A DNA stretch of 64,000 nt from Mobula hypostoma. Taxonomy: Eukaryota. Under the pieces are notes generated by a model. It worked only from the letters and a program-made list of their open reading frames with translations, was not told where the DNA came from and searched no databases. Made by a program: the position numbers and the translations under genes. This document shows, in pieces, positions 25,228 to 38,700 of this stretch; the stretch's first letter is position 1; each line of letters begins with the position of its first letter. The DNA is taken from positions 189,660,001 through 189,724,000 of the forward strand of contig NC_086097.1 of NCBI RefSeq assembly GCF_963921235.1, written 5' to 3'.

Positions 25228-25976
25228 ATGCAGGTAGACTGGAAGAATCAGGCTGGTACTGGACCCCAAGAAAAGGAGTTTGTGGAGTGCTTCTGAGATG
25301 GATTCTTAGAACAGCTTGTACTGGAGCCTACCAGAGAGAAGGCAATTCCAGATTTGATCAAGGACCTCGAGGTAAAGGAGCCATTAGGAGGTAGTGACCA
25401 TAATATGGTAAGTTTTAAACTACAATTTGAGAGGGAGAAGGGAAGATCGGAAGTGTCAGTATTGCAGTTGAACAAAGGGGACTATGGAGCCATAAGGGAG
25501 GAGCTCGCCAAAGTTGACTGGAAAGATACCCTAGCAGGGATGACAGTGGAACAACAATGGCAGGTATTTCTGGGAATAATACAGAAGGTGCAGGATCAGT
25601 TCATTCCAAAGAGAAAGAAAGATTCTAAGGGGAGTAAGGGGTGACCGTGGATGACAAGGGAAGTCAAGGACAGCATAAAAAATAAAAGAGAAGAAATATA
25701 ACAAAGCAAAGATGAGTGGGAAGCTGGAGGATTGGAAAACTTTTAAAGAGCAACTGAAGATAACTAAAAAGGTAATACGCAGAGAAAAAATGAGGTACGA
25801 AGGTAAGCTAGCCAAGAGTATAAAGGAGGATAGTAAAAGCTTCTTTAGGTACAGTATGTGAAAAGGAAAAAAAATAGTTAAGACCAAAATTGGGCCCTTG
25901 GAGACAGAAACGAGTGAATTTATTATGGGGAACAAGGAAATGGCAGACGAGTTGAACAGGTACTTTGGATCTGTCT
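25228..25976 (+). mobile_element. CR1 ORF2 fragment (end of endonuclease and linker)
   Basis: FLEQLVLEPTRE and EPLGGSDHNMVSF motifs. Confidence 0.85.
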
Positions 25977-26344
25977 AGTGGAGTTTTAGGCACCTGTCAT
26001 TGTTCAAAATCCAAAGTAAAATTATTAGTAAAGTAGTACTTAACATTGTTCTTTTTAACACTTCAATATTTTGAACATGTATGTATAATTAAAAAAAAAA
26101 CAACTGATTAATGGGGCATTATAAGAATATGATAATGAATAATATTGATACTTTCCTGTTTATCAAGTTATTGAGCCTCTTTACAAATTGGCTGTGATCT
26201 TGGGAGAAACCACTATTCAAAAGATTATTAGAAGCATAGAAGCCACAGATTCATTGATCTTAGCCTAACTCTTTGAGCACTTTGAGATTTTGAGCAGGCT
26301 TCAACAACACACAGAGCAGGAAGAGGTTAGTAGTGGATTTCCCA

Positions 26345-27925
26345 TGAGGTGAGGGAAGAGATTGCTGAGCCTCTGGCTGGGATCTTTATGTCCTCGTTGT
26401 CCACGGGAATGGCACCGGAGGATTGGAGGGAGGTGAATGTTGTCCCCTTGTTCAAAAAAGGTAGTAGGGATAATCCATGTAATTATAGACCAGTGAGCCT
26501 TACGTCTGTGGCGGGAAATCTGTTGGAAAAGATTCTTAGAGATAGGATCTCTGGGCATTTAGAGAATCATGGTCTGATCAGGGACAGTCAGTCATAGTTA
26601 TAGTCATACTTTATTCCCGGGGGAAATTGGTTTTCGTGACAGTTGCACCAAAAAAAAAAACAGCATGGCTTTGTGAAGGGCAGATCGTGTCTAACAAGCC
26701 TGATAAAGTTCTTTGAGGTGGTGACCAGGCATATAAATGAGGGTAGTACAGTGGATGTGATCTACATGGATTTTAGTAAGGCATTTGACAAGGTTCCACA
26801 CTGTAGGCTTACTTATTCAGAAAGTCAGAAGGCATGGGATCCAGGGATGTTTGGCCAGGTGGATTCAGAATTGGCTTGCCTGCAGAAGGCAGATGGTCAT
26901 GGTGGAGGGAGTACATTCAGATTGGAGGGTTGTGACTAGTGGTGTCCCACAAGGATCTGTTCCTGGACCTCTACTTTTCATGATTTTCGTTAACTACCTG
27001 GATGTGGGGGTAGAAGGGTGGGTTGGCAAGTTTGCAGATGACACAAAGGTTGGTGGTGTTGTAGATAGTGTAGAGGATTGTCAAAGATTGCAGAGAGACA
27101 TTGATAGGATGCAGAAGTGGGCTGAGAAGTGGCTGATGGAGTTCAATCCGGAGAAGTGTGAGGTGGTACAGTTTGGAAGGACAAACTCCAAGGCAGAGTA
27201 CAAAGTAAATGGCAGGATACTTGGTAGTGTGGAGGAGCAGAGGGATCTAGGGGTACATGTCCATAGATCCCTGAAAGTTGCCTCATAGGTAGATAGGGTA
27301 GTTAAGAAAGCTTATGGGGTGTTAGCTTTCATAAGTCGAGGGATAGAGTTTAAGAGTTGCAGGGTAATGATGCAGCTCTATAAAACTCTGGTTAGGCCAC
27401 ACTTGGAGTACTGTGTCCAGTTCTGGTCACCTTACTATAGGAAGGATGTGGAAGTATTGGAAAGGGTACAGAGGGGATTTACCAGGATGCTGCCTGGTTT
27501 AGAGAGTATGTGTTATGATCAGAGATTAAGGGAGCTAGGATTTACTCTTTGGAGAGAAGGAGGATGAAAGGATACATAATAGAGGTATACAAGATATTAA
27601 AGGGAATAGATAGAGTGGACAGCCAGTGCCTCTTCCCAGGTCAGTACAAGAGGACACAGCTTTAATGTAAGGGGTGGGAAATTCAAGGGGGATATTAGAG
27701 GAAGGTTTTTTACTCAGAGAGTGGTTGGTGCGTGGAATGCACTGCCTGAGTCAGTGGTGGAGGCAGATACACTAGTGAAATTCAAGAGACTACTAGACCG
27801 GTATATGGAGGAATCTAAGGTGGGGTTTATATGGGAGGCAGGGTTTGAGGGTCGGCACAACATTGTGGGCTGAAGGGCCTGTACTGTGCTGTAATATTCT
27901 TTCTATCTATCTGTCTATCTATCTT
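26345..27925 (+). mobile_element. Young 5'-truncated CR1 LINE (RT to 3' tail)
   Basis: [48 protein letters not shown]; (tcta)n tail; very similar to 47435-48810. Confidence 0.93.
26592..26660 (-). mobile_element. 69-bp LINE-tail stub inserted in the CR1 RT
   Basis: Absent from the sister copy (gacagtcagcatggc near 47550); flanked by cag; minus strand ends aataaagtatgactataactatga. Confidence 0.7.
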
Positions 27926-29674
27926 ATCACCAGTGCAGTTATGAAACTAATTGGAAACTCAATCCATAAAAGTTTTCTGACAACTTGACTTGAAGGGTCA
28001 TCACTCGATTTGCTTTAGGGGGCAATCGTTTTATCTTCTGCCAAGTTATTGAGTGCAATGTTGTTCCCTCGGTGCATCTTTTAACTGTGATATAGTTTCT
28101 GCTATATTCTACAATCTTTGGAAGCATTGTTGACTTGAAATATTTTGATCTTATGCATTTGGGTAGGTTTCTTCCACAGGCAAAGGCAGTCAAGTACAGA
28201 AGGGATTTAATACACTATTTCACAAGTACCAAGATATGATCCAGTGTGTTAGAACATAATTGATAAACATCAAATACATTTCTGTCTATCTGTCTGAAAT
28301 TAATCCTTGTGTTTTTTTTAAAATTTAAAGTCCATTATGTCTGTTTTGTCCCTCTTCTACCTTGACACTGTCATCAGGATCTACTCCCGATGTTTCAGTG
28401 TCTACAGTTTAATTAAATCACTTCTCTTTAGACTGCAGGGAAAGAAATTTGAAGGCTTTGTGTGGTCCATACCTTATAGAAGATAATTGACCAAGAATTA
28501 GAAACAGAATAAACATCCAGGAATTCTCTAACCATCCATAATTGCAAATGCTGAAGAGAGGAGGGGCTCAGATAGAGGGAAGACATAAAGCTCTTGAAAA
28601 TATAGATCACATTTCAAGAGAAGCAGGGCACTAAACCATAAAATACATTTGTTATTGTTGCAATCATGTGAGCAAAAACGTAGTTGCTTATTTTTCAAAC
28701 AAACAGTAGTGATGGGGCTTATTTTATTTGGATCTTTTCTTTGAAATTTTTATCATTGTCTCATGTGGAGCTCTGTGAATGTAACTTGTGTGAACTACAA
28801 TTCATAGGTTGATCTGAAAGAAAGCTGTCCACAATAACCTAAAGATGAGGCTTGGTGTTTCCTTTTGTGGACATCAGTTTCTGTTTGGCATCACTTCAGA
28901 TTGGTCTTAGTACCCAGCAGCTGTGATGCCATTCAAGATGGCTGAGGACCCAACCACATAAAAAAATTTTAATGTACAACAACCCAAGAAGGATAAAAAA
29001 AAACACCATCTTCAGCTTTAAGCATTCTACGTCATGGAAAATTCATACATACATTAACCTAGAAGCTGAAATAAACTTTGTATAAACCTACTGAAATATT
29101 TGAGGAAATTACCATCATGAAACTAATTATTTGAAGACCAGAGAATTTATACCACTGTAATAATTCCTCAGCTTATTACTAACATTCATCTAAACCTTGT
29201 AGAACAGAAGTGTAATATTTATACCAATTACAGTTCATAAACACTTTAAATCTTTGTCATTTCAGTTAATCTTTCTCATGGAAGTGGAAAAGTCTGTAAA
29301 GCAGCATAGAGAGTTGAATAACCTACTGTAACTTTACAAAATTTGAATTAAATTATAAATATGGAAATCTGACTGTCACTTTCACAGAATAATGCCAGCA
29401 ATTACAAATAGATTCATCATCATTGAACTGTAATTATAACCATGTGCAAGAGATAGTTAACACATGAAATTGAAAAATGGGCTGCACCTCTCAGTTTGAA
29501 GAACAATTCATTTTAATTGAGACTTTAGTTTTTTTGCATAGAGAAACATTATTTAAACAATGCCATTGAATCTGCTCTGCTATTGCTGTTAAAATATAAA
29601 TACATGCCTGCCTCTTTCTCTATTTGCTTTGGAATGGTAATTATCTAAACAATCTTTAATCCTGAAGAAGATTG

Positions 29675-29785
29675 TGTCTTTAATCCTGAAGAAGGGTCTT
29701 GGCCCAAAACATCTACTGTTTACTCTTTTCCAGAGATGCTTACTGGCCCGCTGAGTTCCTCCAACATTTTGTGTGTGTTGCTTTC
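29675..29785 (+). mobile_element. Penelope terminal stub with degenerate hammerhead
   Basis: cctgaagaagggtcttggcccaaaacatc...gatgct...ctgagttcctccaacattttgtgtgtgttgc. Confidence 0.7.
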
Positions 29786-30519
29786 GAGTGTCTTCAATAA
29801 TACTACATTTATTCATCACCATTTGGTTTGTGTTGTATTGTTTTTTCTCTTTCAGAAGTATGCATATAGAGAGTTGAAAAATGATAACCCATAGTGAGAG
29901 AAGAATGTTGAGGCTCCAAATTAAACAGAAGGGAAAATGGAAGCACCTAGTTCACCAGGGCAAAAATATCTGATCATCAACAAAGGATCATGAAGTTTTC
30001 ATGGAACACTCTGATTGCTTGGCGCAGTCAGTCTCAAAACTACTTGATCTTAAAGCCTGTGGGAATAGCTGTGCAGCAGTGGAGGTGTTGGATAAGATGA
30101 AGGATGGGGGGTAGGAGATGAGAGTGAGATTTCTGTTTATACAATTTCCATATGGTTCTAAAATCTTGAAAGATAGTGCAAGGCTGGGAGAACCTAAGGA
30201 AGAGCTTATTGAAACTAAATCATGAAGTACTCATGTTTCATGGTGTGATTATTGTCAGAAATGTTGCTGCATTGATAAAAGTCAGACACAATCTTTCCTT
30301 TTTCACAATTTCAGAGAACTGCGTGCTGCAATACATTTTCGTGTACAGATAAGGCTAAGGTGACCTTCTGTATTCATTTGGATTTACACTGAAAGTTCAG
30401 AGTAAACGGTTATTTATTGTTTCTTAGAGTGGACACAATGTTTTGCACATACTGTTACCATTCACAAGTGCATTACAGAAGTTTTTGGTCAATTATTTGT
30501 CCATCATCTATATGGCCCT

Positions 30520-31620
30520 CAGCTGCATCTCCTCTATTTCCCACTCATCTGGCCTCACTCCATTCTCCTGCTGTCATAACAGGTAGAGGGTTCCCCTTGT
30601 CCTTACAATCCAGACAATCCTCTGTATCCAACACATCATAATCCATAACATTTTTATCTCCAATGGGATCCTACCACTAAGAACACCTTTTCCCTCCGCA
30701 TCCCCCCACCCCACCCAGCTTTCCATAGGGATCACACTGTACGTGAATCACTTGTCCACTCGTCTCTCACCACTGATCTCCCTTCGAGCACTTGTGCAAA
30801 TGTGTCAGGTGCTGCTCCTGCCACAATACCTCCTCTCTCACTACTATTTAGGGTCACAAACAGTCTGCCAGTTGAGGTGACTGTGAGCCTGTTGGTGTAA
30901 TCTACTGTATCCAGTCTCACTCTGCGACCTTCTGTACATTGGTGAGACACGACACAGGTTGAGAGACTGCATCACTGAACACCTTTGCTCTGTCCACTGC
31001 ACAAGGTGCCTACCCATTTCCATTTGACTTCCCATTTCCATGTCATTCTGACATGTCTGTTCATGGCCTCCTCTATTGTCATGATAAAGCCAAACTCAGT
31101 TTGGAGGAGCAACACCTCATATTCCATCTGGATAGTCTCCAGACTGATGACATTAACATCGATTTCTCTGACCTCCAGTAATTTCTCCCCCCAACTCTCT
31201 TTTTCCATTCCTCATTCTACTTATCCCTTCTCTTCACCTCACCTCCTCATTACCTCCTTCAAGTTCTCCTCCTCCTACCCTTTCTTCCATGCTACTATAC
31301 CTTTTTTTATTAGATTCCTTCTTCTTCAACCTTGAACCTCTTACACCTATCACCTCCCAGCTTCTTACTTAATCATCCTGCCTTACCCACCCATCTTCCC
31401 CCTCACTTGGTCTAACCTGTCACCCGCCAACTTGTATTCCTTTCCTCACTCTGACATTCTTACTCTGGCTTCTGTCCTCTTCCATTTCTGTGGAAGGGCT
31501 GACTGTTTGTACACCTCCATATACAGTATGTACTCTGGCTTGCTGAACTCCTCCAACATTGTGTGTGTGTGTACGCACGCTTTTCTTAAGATTTCCGACA
31601 CCTGCAGGATCTCTTGTGTT
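30520..31620 (+). mobile_element. Decayed Penelope-like element (GIY-YIG part and terminus)
   Basis: YIGETRHRLRD and LEEQHLIFHL remnants; homologous to 33470-34590. Confidence 0.8.
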
Positions 31621-33416
31621 TCTCAATTATTCTGTTGCTTTAATGATGAATAAAGCAGTTCCACAGGAGTGTTTATGGTTCGTTTTTCCTCCGGTTCTTC
31701 CACCTTGCTTCCTTTACAACCCAGGATTCACCTTCTCCAAAGTAACTCATTTTACTGTTGAGAACTGCTGACTTTTAAAGTACTGTTTGCTTACCTGCCT
31801 TACCAATGCAACATCTCCGCTATCTGTGTCACCAAGTCTCTATTCACACTTCCTCTGAGGGTATTACGGAAAAGGAAAACGAGAATGAAATCATGCTTGA
31901 GCTAGACCATACAGGGTTGGTGGTCACGTTATGCCAAAAGTATTATTTTAGAATGAATTATTATTTTGCTGTAGTCCAACTCAGAGACCTTTTAACAAGT
32001 TTATGGCACCCCACCTATTACTAATAAAATGGTTGACATCCTGGTTTCCAGCAATTTTGCAGGCAAATGCTGATTGATATTATGAATATGTTAATAATAC
32101 ATCAGAAATTTGGGATAATACTCATCTGCTTCTCAAAATGAATGTGATGAATATTTTATTCTTCAATTCAGAAACTAGAATGATGAAGGGACAGAACAGA
32201 GAATAGGATGTAGATTAGACAGACCAATACCCTGCTGTATGACCTGCTCGACTGACCATCACAATTTGCCCAAAATCCCAGCAATATAGTAATAACGTGC
32301 CTGGAGACAACAAATCTGTGCCTTTTTTGGTAGAAACCAAGCAGCTGGGTGGGGACTACTTGTTTATGTGATGGAACCTGTGACCCATATCTTAATCCCT
32401 ATGCACGGGGATATTGTGTATTCCTTCCAGGCTCACATGAGGTAGCACCCTAGATGTAGTAATGAAGCCTGGAGAACAGATGCTTGGGAACATGCAATAG
32501 AATTACTAAAAAGATTGAGTATAGCCAGTAAAAAATGAATACAGGGATAGTTTCCTGTACAGGGAGTCACTGCAGCCTCCTCAGTACAAATTTCCCATCA
32601 AGCTTTTGGACATTTGAGTATTCAGAGTTTGTAGGCAGTATACACACTTCTCCAACTGATGCTCAAGAAATTCTGGAGTGGTTGCTTCAGAGGTTACAGG
32701 CTTTCTCGGCCTATCATTCTCCCCAGCATATTCAGCAATTCTTATTTTTTTTTTCTCTCATAGCCTTGGTCCCATCTCCACATGAATGGGGAAATCCATA
32801 TCAGATATGCGTGGATTTCTAATCTAATAAATGGTTGAGATATATGTGTGGGATATATCGAGTAAAACAGTCTAAAGCCAGGGCTTAATAATATCCTATA
32901 ATGTTAGAGAACAAACAGCAAGGGCAGATTGGGACCTAGTTCATTATAAATGTTATCCCTTTATTGTAGTGAAAACCTCCGCACCATGTTCGGATCAGCT
33001 CTTGATTAACACTTGATACATGAACGATTTCAGGTTGTTGAGGAGATCTTGCACACCCACATGATGGTAACAGAATTAGTGCTCATTCCCAAGGGCAATG
33101 AGGTGCCAGTACAGAATTCTGCCCTTGTACCTTTAAAGGGCATGTAGGGTCAGTAACAAGTCAACAAGCCAAGCTTATTCCTTGGGTCAATCACATTCAC
33201 AGCATTCTTCTACACCAGCTCCTCAGCAGGGAAGGTGTAATCAACAAATCAAACAAATCCACTGATATCTACTATAAGCCTACTGACTCTCACAACTATC
33301 TGGACTATTCCTCCTCTCACCCTGTCTCTTGCAAAAACGCCATCCCCTTCTCGCAATTCCTCCGTCTCCGCCGCATCTGCTCTCAGGATGAGGCTTTTCA
33401 TTCTAGGACGAGGGAG

Positions 33417-34160
33417 ATGTCTTCATTTTTTAAAGAAAGGGGCTTCCCTTCCTCCACTATCAACTCTGCTCTTAAACGCATCTCCTCCATTTCACGTACA
33501 TCTGCTCTCACTCCATCCTCCCACCACCCCACTAGGAATAGGGTTCCCCTGGTCCTCACCTACCACCCCACCAGCCTCCGGGTCCAACATATTATTCTCC
33601 GTAACTTCCGCCACCTCCAACGGGATCCCACCACTAAGCACATCTTTCCCTCCCCCCCTCTCTCTGCATTCCGCAGGGATCGCTCCCTACACAACTCCCT
33701 TGTCCATTCGTCCCCCCCATCCCTCCCCACTGATCTCCCTCCTGGCACTTATCCGTGTAAGCGGAACAAGTGCTACACATGCCCTTACACGTCCTCTCTT
33801 ACCACCATTCAGGGCCCCAAACAGTCCTTCCAGGTGAGGCATCACTTCACCTGTGAGTCGACTGGGGTGATATACTGCGTCCGGTGCTCCCGATGTGGCC
33901 TTTTATATATTGGTGAGACCCGACGCAGACTGGGAGACCGCTTTGCTGAACATCTACGCTCTGTCCACCAGAGAAAGCAGGATCTCCCAGTGGCCACACA
34001 TTTTAATTCCACATCCCATTCCCATTCTGACATGTCTATCCACGGCCTCCTCTACTGTAAAGATGAAGCCACACTCAGGTTGGAGGAACAACACCTTATA
34101 TTCCGTCTGGGTAGCCTCCAACCTGATGGCATGAACATTGACTTCTCTAACTTCCGCTAG
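33417..34160 (+). pseudogene. Uninterrupted C-terminal part of the Penelope ORF (GIY-YIG endonuclease)
   Basis: 247-aa ORF with CKRNKCYTC, FTCESTGVIYCVRCSRCGLLYIGETRRRLGDRFAEH and VATHFN; the RT catalytic core is missing. Confidence 0.85.
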
Positions 34161-34452
34161 GCCCCACCTCCCCCTCGTACCCCAGCTGTTACTCCTTTTT
34201 ATGCACACATTCTTTCTCTCACTCTCCTTTTTCTCCCTCTGTCCCTCTGAATATACCTCTTGCCCATCCTCTGGGTCAGCCCCGCCCGTCTTTCTCCCTA
34301 GGCCTCCTGTCCCATGATCCTCTCGTATCCCCTTTTGCCTATCACCTGTCCAGCTCTCGGCTCTATCCCTCCCCCTCCTGTCTTCTCCTATCATTTTGCA
34401 TCTCCCCCTCCCCCTCCAGCTTTCAAATCCCTTACTCACTCTTCCTTCAGTT

Positions 34453-34488
34453 AGTCCTGACGAAGGGTCTCGGCCTGAAACGTCGACT
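34453..34488 (+). ncRNA. Minimal type I hammerhead ribozyme motif (intact core)
   Basis: AGTC-CTGACGA-AGGGTCTCGGCCT-GAAA-CGTC-GACT, identical to the minus-strand copy at 8130-8165. Confidence 0.75.
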
Positions 34489-34699
34489 GTGCCTCTTCCT
34501 ATAGATGCTGCTTGGCCTGCTGCGTTCACCAGCAACTTTGATGTATGTTGCTTGAATTTCCAGCATCTGCAGAATTCCTGTTGTTTACGTTTAAATTCCC
34601 TAGAAGCTGCCTGCCTTAGGTAGAAATATTCTCTCTCAAGCTAGATAGCTGGACACTAGCTATAGGCCATGATCTTTAGCAGGCAGGAACAAATGTGCT

Positions 34700-36260
34700 T
34701 ATGGAGTATAAGAATTGCAAGAGAGGTCTTAAGAAGGAAGTCAGGAGGGCTAAAAGAAGGCATGAGGTTGCTCTAGCAGACAAGGTGAAGGAGAATTCTG
34801 AGGGCTTCTACAGATATATTAGGAGCACAAAGGGATAGCAGAGCTCAAAATTGGTCTCTAGAAGATCAGAGTGGCAATCTATGCATGGAGACAAAAAGGA
34901 TGGGAGAGATCTTAAATGGATTTGTTTGCATCTGTATTTACTTGGGAAACAGACGAAGATCAGTAGAAGTGAGGCAATTCAGCAGTGATGCCATGGACCA
35001 TATACAGATTTCAGAGGAGGAAGTGTTTGCTGTCTTGAGGCAAATTAGGGTGGATAAATACTCAGGGCCATACAATGTGTTCCCTTGGACCCTGTGGGAG
35101 GCAAGGCAAGAAACTGCATGGGCCTTGGCAGAGATATTTAAAGCATCCTTACCCACGGATAAGATTCCGGAGGACTGGATGATAGGTTATGTTGTTCCAT
35201 TCTTTAAGAAAGCCTCTAAGAATAAACCAGGAAATTCTAGGCTGGTGAGATATACATCAGTAGTGGGAAGTTCTTGGAAGATATTCTAAGGGACCAGATA
35301 CATAAGAATTTGGATAGACTTGGACTGAGTAGGGATAGACAACATGGCTTTGTGCATGGTAAATTGTGTCTAATCAATTTTATAGGTTTTTTTCAAGGAA
35401 GTTACCAGGAAAGTTGAAGATGACAATGCAGTGGATGTTGTCTCCATGGACTTTAGCAAGGCCTTTAACAAGGTCCCACATGAGAGGTTGGTCAAGAAGA
35501 TTGAGTTGCTTGCAATTCCAGATAAGGTAATAAATTGGATTACACATTGGCTTTGCAGGAGAAACCAGTGAGTGGTAGTAGATGGTTCCCTCTCTGACTG
35601 GAGGCCTATGACTAGAGGCGAGACACAGTGATTAGTGCTGGCTCTGTTGTTGTTGTCATCTATATCAACGATCTGGATGATAATGTGGTAAATTTGATCA
35701 GCGAACCTGTGGATGATACCAAGATTTGGGGTGTAGTGGATAGTGAGGAAGACTATCAAAGCTTGCAGTGGGATCTAAACCAGCTGGAAAAATGGACTGA
35801 GAAATGGCAGATGGAATTCAATGCAGATAAATGTGAGATGGTTGACACTGGGAGGACCAATCAGTGTAGGACTTGTATGGTGAGCAATAGGGTACTGAAA
35901 AGTATGGTAAAACTGGGACCTGGGAACACAAAATTATAAGGAGTATAGATAGGGTATATGCAAGCAGGTTTTTTCCACCCAAGTAGGGTGAGACTACAAC
36001 TAGAGGTCATAGGTAAAGGTGAAATGCGAAATGTTTAAAGGGAACTTGAAGAAGAACTTCTTCACTCAGAGGCTGCTGCTTATCTGAAACAAGCTGCCAG
36101 TCTGATGGATGTAGGGTCAATTTCAACATTTAAAATAAATTTGGACAGATACATGGATGGAAGGGATATTGGGGGCTGTGATGTGGGTGCAGCCCAATGG
36201 AACTTGACATATTAATGATGCAGCTTGGACTCGTAGGGCTGAAAGGCTGGAATTATGAGA
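34700..36260 (+). mobile_element. Decayed CR1 ORF2 and 3' end
   Basis: PEDW..VVPFFKK..PGN, DFSKAFNKV, IYINDLD..DDTKI, KWQMEFNADKC. Confidence 0.85.
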
Positions 36261-36689
36261 CTGCTGCAGATCAGTGATGAGCAGCCTGCTATTGTTGAAA
36301 TGCTCTGGTAATTGCCCATCTTGCTGTTTCCCTGATTTCTACAATGCGAACAGCAGCTGGAGTAATATGCTGAAAATACTGCCAGAAATCTGAAACATGA
36401 TAGGTCCAGAGTGATGAAAATAGGCATTATCTGACATATCCAAATACTCGGCAAGTCAGAGGTATTGCAATTCAAAACACTGCTGCAGATTCTCCATTAG
36501 GGAAGTGTTCTCATTGCTAACTGTCAAATGTTACATATTCTGTCCAGTAAAAAAGTTGAGAATTAGCCTGTTTAGTGTTGAGAATTTTTGGTTCCATTTA
36601 TTACGTTGCTGATGATGAAGCAATCTTTCAATAGAAGCTGGATGCCATCTCAAGCTTTGGTTTGAAACCAACAGATTGGAATTTAATCA

Positions 36690-37708
36690 CAGCCACATCT
36701 CCTCTGTTTCACGCATGTCTGCTATCACCCATCCTCCTGCCATCCTACCAGGTATAGGGTTCCTTTTGTCCTCACCTCCCACCCCACCAGCCTTTACGTC
36801 CAGCACTTAATTCTCCGCAACTTCCGCCATCTCCAAAGGGATCCCACAACCAAGCACATCTTTCCCTCCCGCCCACTTTCTGCTTCCCGCAGGGATTGCT
36901 CCCGATGTGACTCCCTTGTTCATTCGTCCCTCCCCACTGATCTCCCTCCAGGCACTAATCCTTGCAAGTGGAATAAGTGCTACCCCTGCCCCTACACCTC
37001 CTCCCTCATTATCATTCAGGGCCCCAAACAGTCCTTCCAGGTGAGGCAAGTCTTCACCTGTGAGTCTGTTGGGGTCATATACTGTGTCCAATGTCCCGAT
37101 GTGGCCTCCTCTACATTGGTGAGACCCGACGTAGATTGGGAGACCGCTTCACCGAGCACCTATGCTCTGTCTGCCAGAAAAATAGGGATCTCCCAGCGGC
37201 TACCAATTTTAATTCCATTTCCCATTCCCATTCCGATACGTCTATCCATGGCAATGAGGCCACGCTCTGGTTGGAGGAACAACACTTTACATTACATCTG
37301 GGTAGTCTCCCACCTGATGGCATGAACATTGATTTCTCAAACTTCTGCTAATTACCCCCCTCACTATTCCCCATCTGCTTTTCCTTCTCTCACCTCATCT
37401 CCTTGCTTGCCCATCGCATCACTCTGGTGGACCTTCCCTCTTTTCTTTCTTCCACGGCCTTCTGTCCTCCCCTATCATTCCCCTTTCTCCAGCCCTGTGT
37501 CTCTTTCACCAATCAACTTCCCGGCTCTCTACTTCACCCCTCCCTCTCCCAGTTTCACTTATCACCTCCCCCCACCTTTTAACTCTACTCCTCAACTTTT
37601 TTCTCCAATCCTGCTGAAGGGTCTTGACCCAAAACATTGACTGTACTCTTTTCCATAGATGCGTAGCCTGCTGAATTCCTCCAGCATTTTGTGTATGTTA
37701 CTTGGAAT
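36690..37708 (+). mobile_element. Penelope-like element, GIY-YIG part and terminus
   Basis: CGLLYIGETRRRLGDRFTEH...LEEQHF..LGSLPPDGMNIDFSNF. Confidence 0.88.
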
Positions 37709-37724
37709 TTACGTAGATGAGTGT

Positions 37725-37960
37725 TACGGTAACAGAATGGTTAGTGTAATGTTATTACAGAGTCATCGACCCAAGGTCAATTCTGCTACTGCCTATGAGG
37801 AGTTTCTATATTTTCCCCATGATTGTATGAATTTCCTCTGGGTGCTCTAGTTTCCTCCCACATTTCCAAGATGTGCAAACTAGTAGGTTAGTCAGTCACA
37901 TTGGTGCAATTGGGTGTTGGACCAGAAGGGATCGTTACCATGCTGTGTCACTGTATTCAA
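37725..37960 (+). mobile_element. HE1/V-SINE-like tRNA-derived SINE
   Basis: tggttagtg and ggtcaattc box remnants; tttcctctgggtgctctagtttcctcccaca V-domain-like core. Confidence 0.65.
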
Positions 37961-37982
37961 TAAGAGCCGTGCAATGAGCGTG

Positions 37983-38272
37983 ATAAGACCATAAGACATA
38001 GGAGCAGAATTAGGCCATCTGGCCCATCAAATCTGCTCTGCCATTCTATCATGGTTGATCCTTTTTTGTTTAATATCTCTTCCTCAACCCCAGTCCCGGC
38101 CATCTTCCCGTAACTTTTGATGCCATGTCCAATCAAGAACCTATCAATCTCTCCCTTAAGTACATCCAACGACCTGGCCTCCACAGCTGCATGTGGCAAC
38201 AAATTCCACAAATTCATCACCCTTTGGCTGAAGAAATTTCTCCGCATCTCTGTTTTGAAAGGGCGCCCCTCT
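37983..38272 (-). mobile_element. CR1 3' end
   Basis: FKTEMRRNFFSQRVMNLWNLLP...EIDRFL; (cttatggt)n tail. Confidence 0.85.
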
Positions 38273-38399
38273 ATAAACACCAAGCAACCCCGTGCTTGTC
38301 AATACTACCTTTTAGTTCATTCGCCAAAACACTGAAAATTGTGATTAAGAAGAAACTTCACTGAACAGACCACATTAATGTAACTGCCAAAAGTGAGTT

Positions 38400-38700
38400 G
38401 GACTCAATTACTTGTACCTCATAGCTCCAGGATCTGGGTTTAATCCTGATCTAAGGTAATAGTTCAGAGTTTTTATGATCACCCAGCAATTGCCTGGGTT
38501 TCTGCTGGGGTGCTCTGAATTCATTCCACATCTCAAAGGTGCACTGGTAGGTTAAGTAGAAACTAGATACTGAAAATTACTCTTTTGAGCAAATCAAAGG
38601 GGAGTTGATGAGCCAGAATAACTTGCAAGGGTACTGGGAAAATGAGGAGGAGGAATAGAACAAATGAGATTTCTCTTCTTGAGCTAACATGAATGTGATT
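38400..38700 (+). mobile_element. Highly decayed V-SINE-like element
   Basis: cctcatagctccaggatctgggtttaatcctg and gggtttctgctggggtgctctg..ttccacatc. Confidence 0.5.

Larger units (their letters stand above)
33258..34590 (+). mobile_element. Young Penelope-like element (Neptune type), 5'-truncated
   Basis: Open frame to the stop at 34160: RT thumb, Cys linker, VIY..YIGET GIY-YIG, EEQHLIFRLGSLQPDGMN; intact terminus. Confidence 0.93.
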
